Shown here piece by piece: positions 1 through 8,946 of a DNA stretch of 64,000 nucleotides. The DNA is from an uncultured Planctomycetota bacterium (GTDB lineage: Bacteria; Planctomycetota; UBA11346). The notes beneath the pieces were generated by a model. The model was not told where the DNA came from. It did no database searches and worked only from the letters and a program-made list of their open reading frames with translations. Location: assembly GCA_963818245.1 (NCBI GenBank), contig CAWFSD010000003.1:14492-78491 (forward strand). Reading direction: 5' to 3'. Made by a program: the position numbers and the translations under genes. Each line of letters begins with the position of its first letter. Position 1 is the stretch's first letter.

Positions 1-173
1 TTTAACCCTGAAGTTTAAACCGCCTGTTTGAGTTCGTTTCCATCTTCGCGGACTAGATGTAATGGGGCTGATACGGGAAATCCTTAGAATCTACGTAGGG
101 CTTTTCGGCCAACCCTCCTTCCCACGAAATCAAAATTGCTGGACTCGATCTACGCCAATAGAATGGCAGGACC

Positions 174-458
174 ATGCAAACCGATACCCTTCAGAACATC
201 AACGGTCCGAACCATTCCCTCCTGGAACTGCTGAAGGTTCAGGGAGTGTCTCGTGGAGAGCTGGCGCGTCGATGTGGACTGCGTCGTGGCACGATTTACA
301 TGGCGCTGAATGGGTGCAAGCCGAACATCCGCGGTCTCGTGGCGATCATCGCTGGGGGGCTTGATGTGAAGCCGAGCATTGTGCATGCAGCCATCGAAGA
401 GTCCCGTCGCCGGGGCGTGAGCCCCAATGCCGTTCACTTTAAAATTCGCGTAAAATAA
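174..458 (+). CDS. XRE-family HTH protein; N-terminal half of a gene interrupted by IS4 (last ~11 codons are IS-derived)
   Basis: LLKVQGVSRGELARRCGLRRGTIYMALNG fits the HTH pattern. The ORF runs into the IS left inverted repeat at 425. Confidence 0.7.
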   Translation: MQTDTLQNINGPNHSLLELLKVQGVSRGELARRCGLRRGTIYMALNGCKPNIRGLVAIIAGGLDVKPSIVHAAIEESRRRGVSPNAVHFKIRVK

Positions 459-1776
459 ATATTGACAGTGCTTTAAGATCTGGTCGCGGCGCCTCATGGG
501 CACTCCGCGAACACCACACGACCTCCTCCACCACCTCGACATCGCTCTCGCTGGACTGGCGACCTCATTTACGCGCTTGCGACGATGGTCACCACGGTCG
601 ATCGTCGTCGCCGTGATGTTGCTGACTCGTCCTGATCAACGCACGAGCTACGCCAGCATGTTGGCGAGCTTGGCCGATGAGACCTGCCGCTGGCTGTGCA
701 TGTCGACAGCTCCCACGCGCAGCAGTCTGAGCGTGGCGCGTCGCAAGGTGTCGGTCGAATCCTTCCGGCAGGTCCTGCATCAACTCGTCGATCACGTGAG
801 TGGATTATTGCCCGGTGCGCTGAAGCATTTCAGCGGAGATCGACGTTTCATCGCAGTGGATGCGACCAGCCTGGTGTGTCCAAACACCCCGTCGCTGGTA
901 AAGAACCTGGATCGTCCGCATTGGAGCCCGTGGCTTCTCGCCCATTACCCACGTGCAATGGTCGTCGTAGCGTTCGATGTGGTGCGGCGGCTGCCCTTGG
1001 AATGGGTTCTCCTGGAGAAGGGGACTGGTGAACGCGCGGCCATAGAACCGCTCCTCAAGCGCTTCCGGCGCGGCGACGTCGTCATCATGGACCGGGGCTA
1101 CCCATCACGCGCCGTCCTGGCCTCGCTGGTCCGCAGTGGCGTAGATGTGGTCATGCGCATGACCGCAGGCAAGGCGGGAGCATGGCCGGAAGTGAAGAAA
1201 TTCCTGGATTCGGGGGCCAAGACAGCGGTTATCGACTACACCTGGGCCAAGGGAAAGACCGTCGCTATCCGCTTGATTCGCCGCAATCCGCCGCCGGGCC
1301 GGCCGCTCAAACATCAGAAGCGAGAGACGATGATCGTCCTCACCACCCTGCTGCCGAAGCACGGCTTCGAGGCCAAGGACATCCTCGATCTCTATGGGAA
1401 ACGGTGGGACATCGAATCGCTCTTCCGGGAGATAAAGGAAGCCTTCGGCATCGAGCGTTTCCACGCGCGGACCCTTGACGGCATCCAGCAAGAAATTGCA
1501 ACCGTGCTCATGTGGATCGCCCTGATTGCGGTCATCCATGGCGCGGTTCAGGACGGTCTCACCGACGGAAAACGGGCCAATCGCACCGTCAGCCGCGAGA
1601 TCGCAAGAGTCTGCATCCTCAGCGCCATTGAGGGTCGAATGCCCGATATCCCCCGCTTCATCACAGAAGCACGAAGACACTCGTACAAGCCGAGGCCAGG
1701 CAGGTCATTCCCCCGAGTATCTCGAATTCCATACGGAAGATTCAGGAATCGGTCGGCTACTAAGTGAACGGCATTG
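425..1776 (+). mobile_element. IS4-family insertion sequence (1352 bp)
   Basis: Perfect terminal inverted repeats CAATGCCGTTCACTT (425-439) and AAGTGAACGGCATTG (1762-1776). Flanks GCGTGAGCCC (415-424) and GCGCGAGCGC (1777-1786) match 8/10, consistent with a degenerate target duplication. Confidence 0.92.
496..1767 (+). CDS. IS4-family DDE transposase
   Basis: Motifs FIAVDAT, VIMDRGY and YGKRWDIESLFREIK (Y-2-R-3-E-6-K, the IS4 signature). Confidence 0.95.
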   Translation: MGTPRTPHDLLHHLDIALAGLATSFTRLRRWSPRSIVVAVMLLTRPDQRTSYASMLASLADETCRWLCMSTAPTRSSLSVARRKVSVESFRQVLHQLVDHVSGLLPGALKHFSGDRRFIAVDATSLVCPNTPSLVKNLDRPHWSPWLLAHYPRAMVVVAFDVVRRLPLEWVLLEKGTGERAAIEPLLKRFRRGDVVIMDRGYPSRAVLASLVRSGVDVVMRMTAGKAGAWPEVKKFLDSGAKTAVIDYTWAKGKTVAIRLIRRNPPPGRPLKHQKRETMIVLTTLLPKHGFEAKDILDLYGKRWDIESLFREIKEAFGIERFHARTLDGIQQEIATVLMWIALIAVIHGAVQDGLTDGKRANRTVSREIARVCILSAIEGRMPDIPRFITEARRHSYKPRPGRSFPRVSRIPYGRFRNRSATK

Positions 1777-2027
1777 GCGCGAGCGCGGGCCACCCGGAGC
1801 TCCCCCACGTGGACCCGGAGCACCTCGCAGAGCTTCGCGCCATGCGGAAGATGACCCAGGCCGCCTTGGCGAAGAAAGCCCATATTGCCGAGATGACGGT
1901 CTCGGCGATCGAGAACGGGACGAAACCGCACCCGGCCACGCTGCATGCCATCGCGAAAGGGCTGGCCATGGACCATCGCTACGTCGCACTGGCTTGTGGC
2001 TACATCCGCCAGGAGGTCGCACCGTGA
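1764..2027 (+). CDS. XRE-family HTH protein; C-terminal half of the IS-interrupted gene
   Basis: LAELRAMRKMTQAALAKKAHIAEMTVSAIENGTKPHPATLHAIAKGL is a classic HTH_3. The GTG start lies in the IS right IR, overlapping the transposase stop. Confidence 0.8.
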   Translation: MNGIGASAGHPELPHVDPEHLAELRAMRKMTQAALAKKAHIAEMTVSAIENGTKPHPATLHAIAKGLAMDHRYVALACGYIRQEVAP

Positions 2028-3634
2028 GCACATTGAGGAAGCTTCGCGTCAATTGCGGGCGGTCCCAAGCCGCTTTGGCGGCGCGCATGAAAACGAAACT
2101 GTGGTATCTTCAAGCCGCAGAGTTTGGGCTGGGACATGGCGCCGATCCCCGGTATGTATGGGACCGTTTTCCACAGGAATCTTTCATCGTTAATCTGGCA
2201 GAAGCGCTCGAGACGACCTTTAGAGTTGCTGCCGACGCGTACGTGGAAAGCTGCGACCAAGGTGACCATCAGATCTTTCCGTCTGATGAGCTGCCGTCAG
2301 TGCGGTTTTCGGACCTCTTGGACCATGCGAAGGTCTCTCTGGAAGAGTTGGCGCAGATGTCCGCCATCCCCGAGGCCAGAATCCTCAAGATCGCGTCCGG
2401 GAATTTGTGGTCCAGTTCTGCAGCAGCCCGTCGTATGGCTGATGCACTGCAAATGGATCCAGTGCGCCTCGAAGTTGTTCTCTGGGGCTCGCATTACCGC
2501 CGAACGGATGTGCTCACGATGCGCGGGGCGATCCCTCGCACCCGTCCGCGCCGTCGTGGCGGTTCAACCGGGTGTCTCCCGCGGCACGAGGCGGGCTCCG
2601 GCGTGGCTGAATGCAGCGATCCTCACCAAGATTCTGGTGCACCGGCTGAAAATCGTGACGCTCTGAAAGCGCTATTCGATGCCTGGGAAGGCCAGCAAGA
2701 GGCAGGCGATGCCTCGCGCGCGCCGTTCGAGCCTCCAACGAGTGCCATAAATGCAGCTCTTGCTGGTTCAGAAGAGGATGCTGGTGCCATTTTCTCGAGC
2801 CTGCCGGAGAACCTGAGCGCGCAAAGTCATCTGCCCCCACCGAAAACAAAGGCACGCCCGGCCCCGACGACACACATGAGCGAGACCGCTCCAGTGGTCC
2901 CAATCCCGATAACGCTGGCGGAAGCGCGCGAAGCGCGGGGGCTCACGATCCGTCAGATGGCACGTGAGTGTGGGTTGTCCGTAGTTACGATTTGCAAGCT
3001 GGAGAAGGGACGCACGCCGAAGGCGATGCGTCCATCAACACGGCAGGCACTGGCGGTGGCATTGCGAGTTGAAGTGGCGGAGGTGGATCACCTTGTAATC
3101 GCCTCTCGTGTAGAGGCCGCAAAGCGGCCTCGGCAGGAACTCAGCCTTGCATTGGACCGTGCGCAGGCCGCTCGTACTGATCCCGATGCCCGCCTTCCTA
3201 CGCTCGAGAATGCGCGTCGACAGCAGATTCCGACGGGTGCAGAGTATGTGGCACGCGAGAACGGCTGGCTTGGGGCGCCGCAGGCTACTTCGGGGGGACC
3301 CACTCCTGGGGTTCAGAAGGGGATTGCACTCCACGCGGCGAAGCAAAGCGCCCTATGGACCGAGCGCGCTCGAAAGGGACATCGCACGCGGCAACGGCGC
3401 CTCCATGGATTGACTCGACAGGAGGCGGCGGAGCGCTGTGGCCTGAGCGCGCGTGCCTATCGACGCATCGAGGCTGGGCTTGTGGCGGCAAAAGAGGCTA
3501 CGATCCGCAAAATCGCGCGAGGGTTCGACCTCAGCGTTAGTATGGTGCGGCGCATCTGCAGTGAGAGCCTGCGCATCGGGCAGCTTAACCAAGAAGCGAT
3601 GAAGCAAGGGCAGCAGCCAAGTCTCCAGGAATGA
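2024..3634 (+). CDS. Multi-HTH protein with four XRE-like HTH domains (536 aa)
   Basis: GTG at 2024 overlaps the upstream TGA and follows AGGAGG at 2011. HTH-like segments: LRKLRVNCGRSQAALAARM, LLDHAKVSLEELAQMSAIPEARILKIASG, LAEAREARGLTIRQMARECGLSVVTICKLEKG, RRLHGLTRQEAAERCGLSARAYRRIEAG. Confidence 0.8.
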   Translation: MSTLRKLRVNCGRSQAALAARMKTKLWYLQAAEFGLGHGADPRYVWDRFPQESFIVNLAEALETTFRVAADAYVESCDQGDHQIFPSDELPSVRFSDLLDHAKVSLEELAQMSAIPEARILKIASGNLWSSSAAARRMADALQMDPVRLEVVLWGSHYRRTDVLTMRGAIPRTRPRRRGGSTGCLPRHEAGSGVAECSDPHQDSGAPAENRDALKALFDAWEGQQEAGDASRAPFEPPTSAINAALAGSEEDAGAIFSSLPENLSAQSHLPPPKTKARPAPTTHMSETAPVVPIPITLAEAREARGLTIRQMARECGLSVVTICKLEKGRTPKAMRPSTRQALAVALRVEVAEVDHLVIASRVEAAKRPRQELSLALDRAQAARTDPDARLPTLENARRQQIPTGAEYVARENGWLGAPQATSGGPTPGVQKGIALHAAKQSALWTERARKGHRTRQRRLHGLTRQEAAERCGLSARAYRRIEAGLVAAKEATIRKIARGFDLSVSMVRRICSESLRIGQLNQEAMKQGQQPSLQE

Positions 3635-3716
3635 GGCGATAGTGCACCTTCGGACAATCAGGACGGTCGCCATAGAAGAATTCGGCCGCAGGTGGGTGCG
3701 CGATGTCGCTAATAAA

Positions 3717-3788
3717 TGTGTTCTGGACAAACATAGGTGGGTTCTCACGTATGATACTTGAGTTCTCGGTCGAAAGAGATGGGTTCTC
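3717..3788 (+). promoter_or_regulatory. Iteron/operator-like array: four TGNGTTCTS direct repeats at an exact 21-bp period
   Basis: TGTGTTCTG at 3717, TGGGTTCTC at 3738, TGAGTTCTC at 3759, TGGGTTCTC at 3780. An inverted GAGAAC lies at 3796 and another GTTCTC at 3854, followed by AT-rich DNA. Confidence 0.65.
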
Positions 3789-3982
3789 GAGTGGCGAGAA
3801 CGTCGGCGACAACTCGTTATGAATAAAACTGGGTTGTACGCTGGACGCTTGCGGTTCTCATAAAATAGTTTTGCAGGCCCATCCTATCTAAATAAACTGA
3901 GCTGGCAGATGTGTCGTGAGCACGGCATGGGAGGCGTGTTGCCCTTCATGCATCCTAGCCATGACCTCAAGGAGGCTAACAT

Positions 3983-4801
3983 ATGAATAATCCTGAACCC
4001 CCTTCACTGGGTGCTCATTTGCTTTCAGGAGCAACTGCCAAGACCTTGGCACAAGTCAAAACGCTCTGTGAAGAAAGCGCCCCGATGGCGACCGAGATCT
4101 ACAAGATCTTGGCCGCCAATGAGGGTGACTATGAAAAAACTAAGCTCGTCTCACTGCGCCGCGAGCACTCCTATGTCCTCGAGTTGTCGAAGAGCATGCG
4201 CGCCGGTACCGCATCGATCCCCGGATACCGCCTGATCTGGACGACCAAATTCGATCCCAAGACCGGTCGCTACCGCGAGTGCGTCGACATGTTGACTGGA
4301 GAGGTCGCCGATAAATATACTCCGCTCGTGTCGGACAAGACGCCGGTCCGCTTCAATAGCAAGCTGAAGGCGCTTTCCGGATTGTTGGCGGACGCTGGTT
4401 TGACCCACGCCACCTTGGCTGCCCAGTCCGGAATTCCTATCGAGACGATTGACACGCTCCTGCGCGGAGAGGGTAAGCTCCTCGCATCGCGCGCTGGCGC
4501 GCTGGGAGTTGTCTTGAAGGTTCCCCACGGGGACGTGCGCAAAGCGTTTAACATTTCGCGCCGCTACGCAGAGTTTTTGAAACATCACCCCTATGCCAAT
4601 AGCAAGTCGACCGCCCTGAAGGGCATCGATATCGCATCCATGGACATTAACCCTATCGAGATTCCTGAAATCGAAGAAAAGAACAAGTGCGGCAATCTGG
4701 AAACTAAAAAGAAAGTCCGCTCGATCAATCAGCGCACGACGGTCGTTAAAGTGAACCTTCCAGATGGTCGCCAGGGACTCTTTTCCTTTCGTTACATCTG
4801 A
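3983..4801 (+). CDS. Hypothetical protein with a central XRE-like HTH
   Basis: Strong RBS AAGGAGG upstream. LSGLLADAGLTHATLAAQSGIPIETIDTLLRG fits an HTH. Confidence 0.75.
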   Translation: MNNPEPPSLGAHLLSGATAKTLAQVKTLCEESAPMATEIYKILAANEGDYEKTKLVSLRREHSYVLELSKSMRAGTASIPGYRLIWTTKFDPKTGRYRECVDMLTGEVADKYTPLVSDKTPVRFNSKLKALSGLLADAGLTHATLAAQSGIPIETIDTLLRGEGKLLASRAGALGVVLKVPHGDVRKAFNISRRYAEFLKHHPYANSKSTALKGIDIASMDINPIEIPEIEEKNKCGNLETKKKVRSINQRTTVVKVNLPDGRQGLFSFRYI

Positions 4802-5330
4802 AGTTTTCTCTAATAATAAAAATACATACCCGTACATCATTAACGCTAAAATAAACATCAATTTATGACATAAGACTCATGGTATCCGCTATTCCGAGCG
4901 GTCTCATGTCGGGGCTGCTCGCACCATCACCTCATATCGTGGAGCAGCCCCATGCAATTCTTCCATCATCGTGATTTCCGTGCGAGCGAAACACCGCTGA
5001 GCCAGCTCTCTCACCGCCTGTCTCCCGCTGCCGAGAGCGGCGACGTGGCTCGCAGCCTCGGCTTCCTGCCTGCCCGGCAGCATCGCCCGCCGCAGCCGCG
5101 ACAGGTGTCGCCGGCGTCGGTTTGCTTCACTTGGCCAAGCCCCAGCCGCCATCACCCGCATCGTGGCGATCGCGGCCAAACAGCCTGAAGACGCAAAACC
5201 ACCCATTGATCGGCCCGCATCGACCCATGCTTTACGGACCCAGTGGTGTCGGCATTGCCGACATGTCACCAGCACCGACATGTAATTGGTCCACCACAAC
5301 GATCCATGGGTGCTATCGTCGAACGCAACC

Positions 5331-5558
5331 ATGCCTCCCTCGAAAAGACAGTTATCAGTCCGAATAGACGCTGCGCTCCTTGCCGAGATGAAGAACCTTT
5401 GCAGGGACTACAGTGGTAAAAGTCACTACCTGAACTTCGCGACTGAGGTCGAAAATGCACTCCGTGCGCGGCTTGCCATTCTCAAGCAAATGGTCGGAGA
5501 GACGGAAGAGCGAACTCCGATGAAAAACCATCTCCCCACACGCGGTCGGCAGACTTAG
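5331..5558 (+). CDS. Ribbon-helix-helix (CopG/Arc-like) small DNA-binding protein
   Basis: KRQLSVRIDAALLAEMKNLC shows an alternating beta-strand followed by a helix. Confidence 0.6.
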   Translation: MPPSKRQLSVRIDAALLAEMKNLCRDYSGKSHYLNFATEVENALRARLAILKQMVGETEERTPMKNHLPTRGRQT

Positions 5559-5684
5559 CCGACTGCTCAACTACCATGGAGTCTACTGTGCAGGGAAACG
5601 ATGATGCACGAATGGTGAAAATGAGGACGAACACATGACGCTGATGCGAAGGAATATCTCGCGAAGCTCAATGCAGCAGTTCCC

Positions 5685-6002
5685 ATGATCATACAGGCAC
5701 AGCGCCAATTTGACGTGGATGCAGATTCAAGGTTGCCAATGTGGCAAGTAGGAGTTTTTGGCGAGGTAGGATTTCAGGTTCTCCTGGCACAGCCTGATGA
5801 TTTGAACTTCGGAGCCCTTCGTCAGGGAAAAAAGGTAGCAAAGATTGATCGCCGCAGAGTTTCAATGAAGCACACCTCCGACGCCGGTGTAGAGACGACA
5901 ACGGATGAATACGCCAACATTTATCTCGTCGTCACTCAGGATGCAATTAATGAAGCGGAGAAAAAGGTGAATACTCTTCAACGGGAGGTGTCCGGACAGT
6001 AG
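5685..6002 (+). CDS. Hypothetical protein, possibly a 5'-truncated fragment
   Basis: AT-richer ORF followed by a terminator. The frame stays open ~27 codons upstream with no start codon. Confidence 0.45.
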   Translation: MIIQAQRQFDVDADSRLPMWQVGVFGEVGFQVLLAQPDDLNFGALRQGKKVAKIDRRRVSMKHTSDAGVETTTDEYANIYLVVTQDAINEAEKKVNTLQREVSGQ

Positions 6003-6053
6003 TGCGAATGAAGAATTAGACGCCTTCGCATTTTACAGCCCGTAGTTCGTCTT

Positions 6054-6084
6054 GAGCCCCGCCAAATTCTTGGCGGGGTTTTCT
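6054..6084 (+). terminator. Intrinsic terminator
   Basis: Stem-loop CCCCGCCAA-ATTC-TTGGCGGGG followed by TTTTCT. Confidence 0.75.
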
Positions 6085-6119
6085 CGTTTCATGACCAATC
6101 ACTAAACCAAGGAGGTCCC

Positions 6120-6581
6120 ATGGCACTCACGCTCATCATCAATCTCAGCAAGAAAATTCCAGGACCTGTCGACTACTCCTCGATCCAGGCATCCTGTTCG
6201 ATCGAGGGAGAAATCGCCGCGGGACAGGATCCGGTTGCCGAATCCGCGCGACTTTTCAGCCAGGCGGAAGAGGCAGTTGACCGACAACTCGGACTGACGG
6301 CAGTGACCCCAATCTCCGCCAGCTCGGCTCCGGCACCAGCTCCCGTTCCGCCTCGCTCCTCGTCAGCCCCTGCCGGGGCGGCACCTTATCCCTCGTCGGG
6401 CGCACGACGTGCACCCACTCCGATTTCTGCCGCCCAGCTCCGCTTCCTCCGGCAACTCCTCGACCGCACCCCAGGTGCCCAGGACCGTGTCCTGGCCGAG
6501 CACCAAGTCCAAAGGATCGAGGCTCTCACCAGCCGCGCCGCAAGCGCAGTCATCGATCGACTCAAGGCACCAGCGCCGTGA
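6120..6581 (+). CDS. Hypothetical mobile-element protein (two small domains joined by a Pro/Ala/Ser linker)
   Basis: RBS AAGGAGG. The C-terminal ISAAQLRFLRQLL...LTSRAASAVIDRLK helical motif is of a type seen in phage/ICE recombination-region proteins. Confidence 0.75.
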   Translation: MALTLIINLSKKIPGPVDYSSIQASCSIEGEIAAGQDPVAESARLFSQAEEAVDRQLGLTAVTPISASSAPAPAPVPPRSSSAPAGAAPYPSSGARRAPTPISAAQLRFLRQLLDRTPGAQDRVLAEHQVQRIEALTSRAASAVIDRLKAPAP

Positions 6582-6727
6582 CGGTGCGTGTCATACCGGC
6601 GAGCGAAGAATCTAATGCCCAGTATCACGCCTCGGGTGCCTGGGGTTCATCGCTAATTTCGACATTCCTCAAGAGCCCGCAACTCGCGCATCGGATGATC
6701 AAAGCGCAGATGATTGACGCTGCGTAG
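6578..6727 (+). pseudogene. Truncated remnant of a RecE/exonuclease VIII-like (DUF3799, PD-(D/E)XK) gene
   Basis: 49-aa ORF coupled to the upstream gene by a GTGA overlap. ESNAQYHASGAWGSSLISTFLKSP resembles the 'SNxxYHA...SSS.L..F..SP' N-terminus of this family, and the ORF stops early. Confidence 0.55.
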
Positions 6728-6892
6728 TCGATCCGCGCTCCTGCGCTGTCGTTGGTCAGCGTGGCTTCAGGATCTTAATTTATCCGGCTGAGGACGTCCT
6801 TTGATGAGACGTCCCAGGCCGGTCCGCGTTCCTATATTTCCGCTCCAGCCCATGGCTATCGCCACGGGCGTCCCCACCACCACGGAGTCTCC

Positions 6893-7096
6893 ATGCCCCG
6901 ACATCGTCGCTACCCCTGGCCCGCTTCCCAGATCGATCGGGACGTGATGCATGAGCTGTATCGCGCCTCGCGTGATACCGGACTTCCCATCAGCCGGCTC
7001 GTCGGCGATGCGGTCCATGCCGCCATGAACTCGCGCCTCGAACGCCCGCAGCCGCCCATCGGATTCATCCAGCATAAGGCGGTGGGAAGTGGCTGA
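6893..7096 (+). CDS. Small RHH-like protein
   Basis: QIDRDVMHELYRASRDTGLPISRLVGDAV; GGAG RBS; coupled to the radC-like gene. Confidence 0.55.
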   Translation: MPRHRRYPWPASQIDRDVMHELYRASRDTGLPISRLVGDAVHAAMNSRLERPQPPIGFIQHKAVGSG

Positions 7097-7811
7097 TCGA
7101 TATGATCCAATTGGAGGATGCCGGGGCGGTTCAAGCCCGATCATTGGGTCTAGCGGAACCTCCCCAGCCCAGAATGGGACCGACAATTTACTTGGTCTCG
7201 ACGACGCAGGAACCTTCTGCCGAATTCTCGGATGTCGCCCTGGTCATCGTCACTACGCCAGGCTGCATCAAGCGGTCAACGAGTTGGGGATTCTCGGCAT
7301 TGCGGGCCTGGATCCCTACGGCCTAAAGGCGCAGCTGGGATTGCCGCTGCCGATGGCGAGGCGCTTGGTTGGGATTCTGGAATTGGCCCGACGGCTGACC
7401 GTGTCCAGACGTCCTGACACGGCACTGCTCAAAACCCCTGAGTCCGTGCGTGAATTAATGGCGCCAGCTCTCGTTCATTTGGCGCACGAACAATTCTGGT
7501 GTCTGCCTGTCAACGCGCGCAACTGCCTCATCGGTAGCCCTCGGATGGTAAGCAGGGGGGACGTCGACGGTACCGAGGCAGGTCCACGGACATTCCTCAG
7601 AGAAGGTCTACTGGCACATGCCAGCGGAGTCATCGCTGTCCACAATCATCCATCCGGCGATCCGACGCCTTCCCCATCCGATCGAGCGATAACCCGTCGA
7701 CTCGCCGAGGCTGGTCGCCTGGTCGATCTTCCTCTGCTGGATCATGTCGTCATCGGCGACGGCGGCCGATTTACCTCTCTCCGTCGTGAATGCCCAGAAG
7801 TCTTTCGTTGA
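7089..7811 (+). CDS. radC: RadC-like JAB/MPN domain protein
   Basis: Motifs HEQFW, HNHPSGDPTPSPSD and LLDHVVIG. Confidence 0.93.
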   Translation: MADRYDPIGGCRGGSSPIIGSSGTSPAQNGTDNLLGLDDAGTFCRILGCRPGHRHYARLHQAVNELGILGIAGLDPYGLKAQLGLPLPMARRLVGILELARRLTVSRRPDTALLKTPESVRELMAPALVHLAHEQFWCLPVNARNCLIGSPRMVSRGDVDGTEAGPRTFLREGLLAHASGVIAVHNHPSGDPTPSPSDRAITRRLAEAGRLVDLPLLDHVVIGDGGRFTSLRRECPEVFR

Positions 7812-7846
7812 ATCAGAAATTTCCTCAACCTATTCAAGGATTATTC

Positions 7847-8946
7847 ATGAAATCAGGTTCCTCTTTGTCCCAGATTGCTCAGCGAGTCGACCACCTGCGC
7901 CGCAATGCCCGCGACTTCCTGGCCAGACCAGCCCAGGTTCGGCTTGCTGCGTCCTCGGTTGGGCAGCAACCGTCGCTCCTTCTCGACGATGGTGCCGGCG
8001 CTCTCTCTTTCGGCATCGGTGACCTGGTTCACGACCAACTCGCCGAATTCGCCGGAATTCCGATCCCTTACTACAAGCGTATGCTGACCCAGGCCCCGGA
8101 TCTCCTGGCAGCCAACGCCAACACCTGGCTCACCAAGAGTGAGGGGCGGCGTCTCGTTCGGACCGCGCTCAACGACCAGGAGCAGCCTACCGCCCGTGCC
8201 TTCCTGAGCGACCGCTACCGGCCCCTCGATCACTACCAGCTGATGGAGGCGGTGCTTCCGCTTCTTCATGAGCAGGGCATCCGGGTCGAGTCCTGCGAGC
8301 TGACCGAGAAGCGGCTGTACCTCAAAGCCGTCAGTGAACGGATCACCGGTGAGGTGAAGGTCGGCGAGACGGTCATGGCCGGCATCATCGTCTCGAACTC
8401 GGAGGTGGGGTTCGGCGCCCTGGGCATTCAGCCGCTCGTATACACGCTGCGGTGCACCAACGGCATGATCGTCGAGGATTCGAGCCTGCGGCAGCACCAT
8501 GTCGGCCGCCGGCATGGCGATCCCGGCGATGGCGACATCCAACATCTGCTCAGCGATGAGACTCGCATAGCCGACGACCGTGCTTTTTTCCTGAAGGTGC
8601 GCGATGTGGCCAAGGCTGCCCTCGATGAGAGGTCCTTTCAGAGGCAGGTCGAGCGCCTGAAGATCGCGGCCGGTATCAAGATCGAATCCACTCACCTGGA
8701 CAGGGTCGTGGACGTCACTGCCAAGCGCTTCGGGCTCAGCGATGAGGAGGGCGCCGGCGTGCTGGCGCATCTGATCAGGGGCGGCGATCTCTCGATGTGG
8801 GGCTTGTCGTCGGCCGTGACCAGGTTAGCCAAGACGTCGGCAACTACGATCGGGCCACGGAACTCGAAAGGGTCGGCGGCAAACTCATCGAACTGCCCAA
8901 GGCCGACTGGCAGCGAATCTCAGCCGCAACGCCAGTGGTGAACTAG
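7847..8946 (+). CDS. DUF932-like ICE/phage protein (apparent 1-bp deletion at ~8830)
   Basis: Motifs RAFLSDRYRPLD, ISNSEVGFG-like and LRCTNGMI. The conserved-looking C-terminus QDVGNYDRATELERVGGKLIEL continues in another frame to TAG at 8946. Confidence 0.8.

Noticed and set aside
462..480. Sigma-70 promoter from the perfect TTGACA inside the IS left end
   Set aside because: No -10 hexamer at 16-18 bp spacing.
1526..2023. N-terminal 166 aa of the 702-aa ORF 1526-3634
   Set aside because: It overlaps the transposase and the HTH gene in other frames. The real start is most likely GTG 2024 with an AGGAGG RBS.
3717..3788. Mini-CRISPR interpretation of the regularly spaced repeats
   Set aside because: Repeats (9 bp) and spacers (12 bp) are far too short, and there are no cas genes; the pattern fits protein-binding sites.
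6784..6822. Hammerhead ribozyme (CTGAGGA followed by a stem)
   Set aside because: The required GAAA after stem II is missing; it is a plain hairpin.
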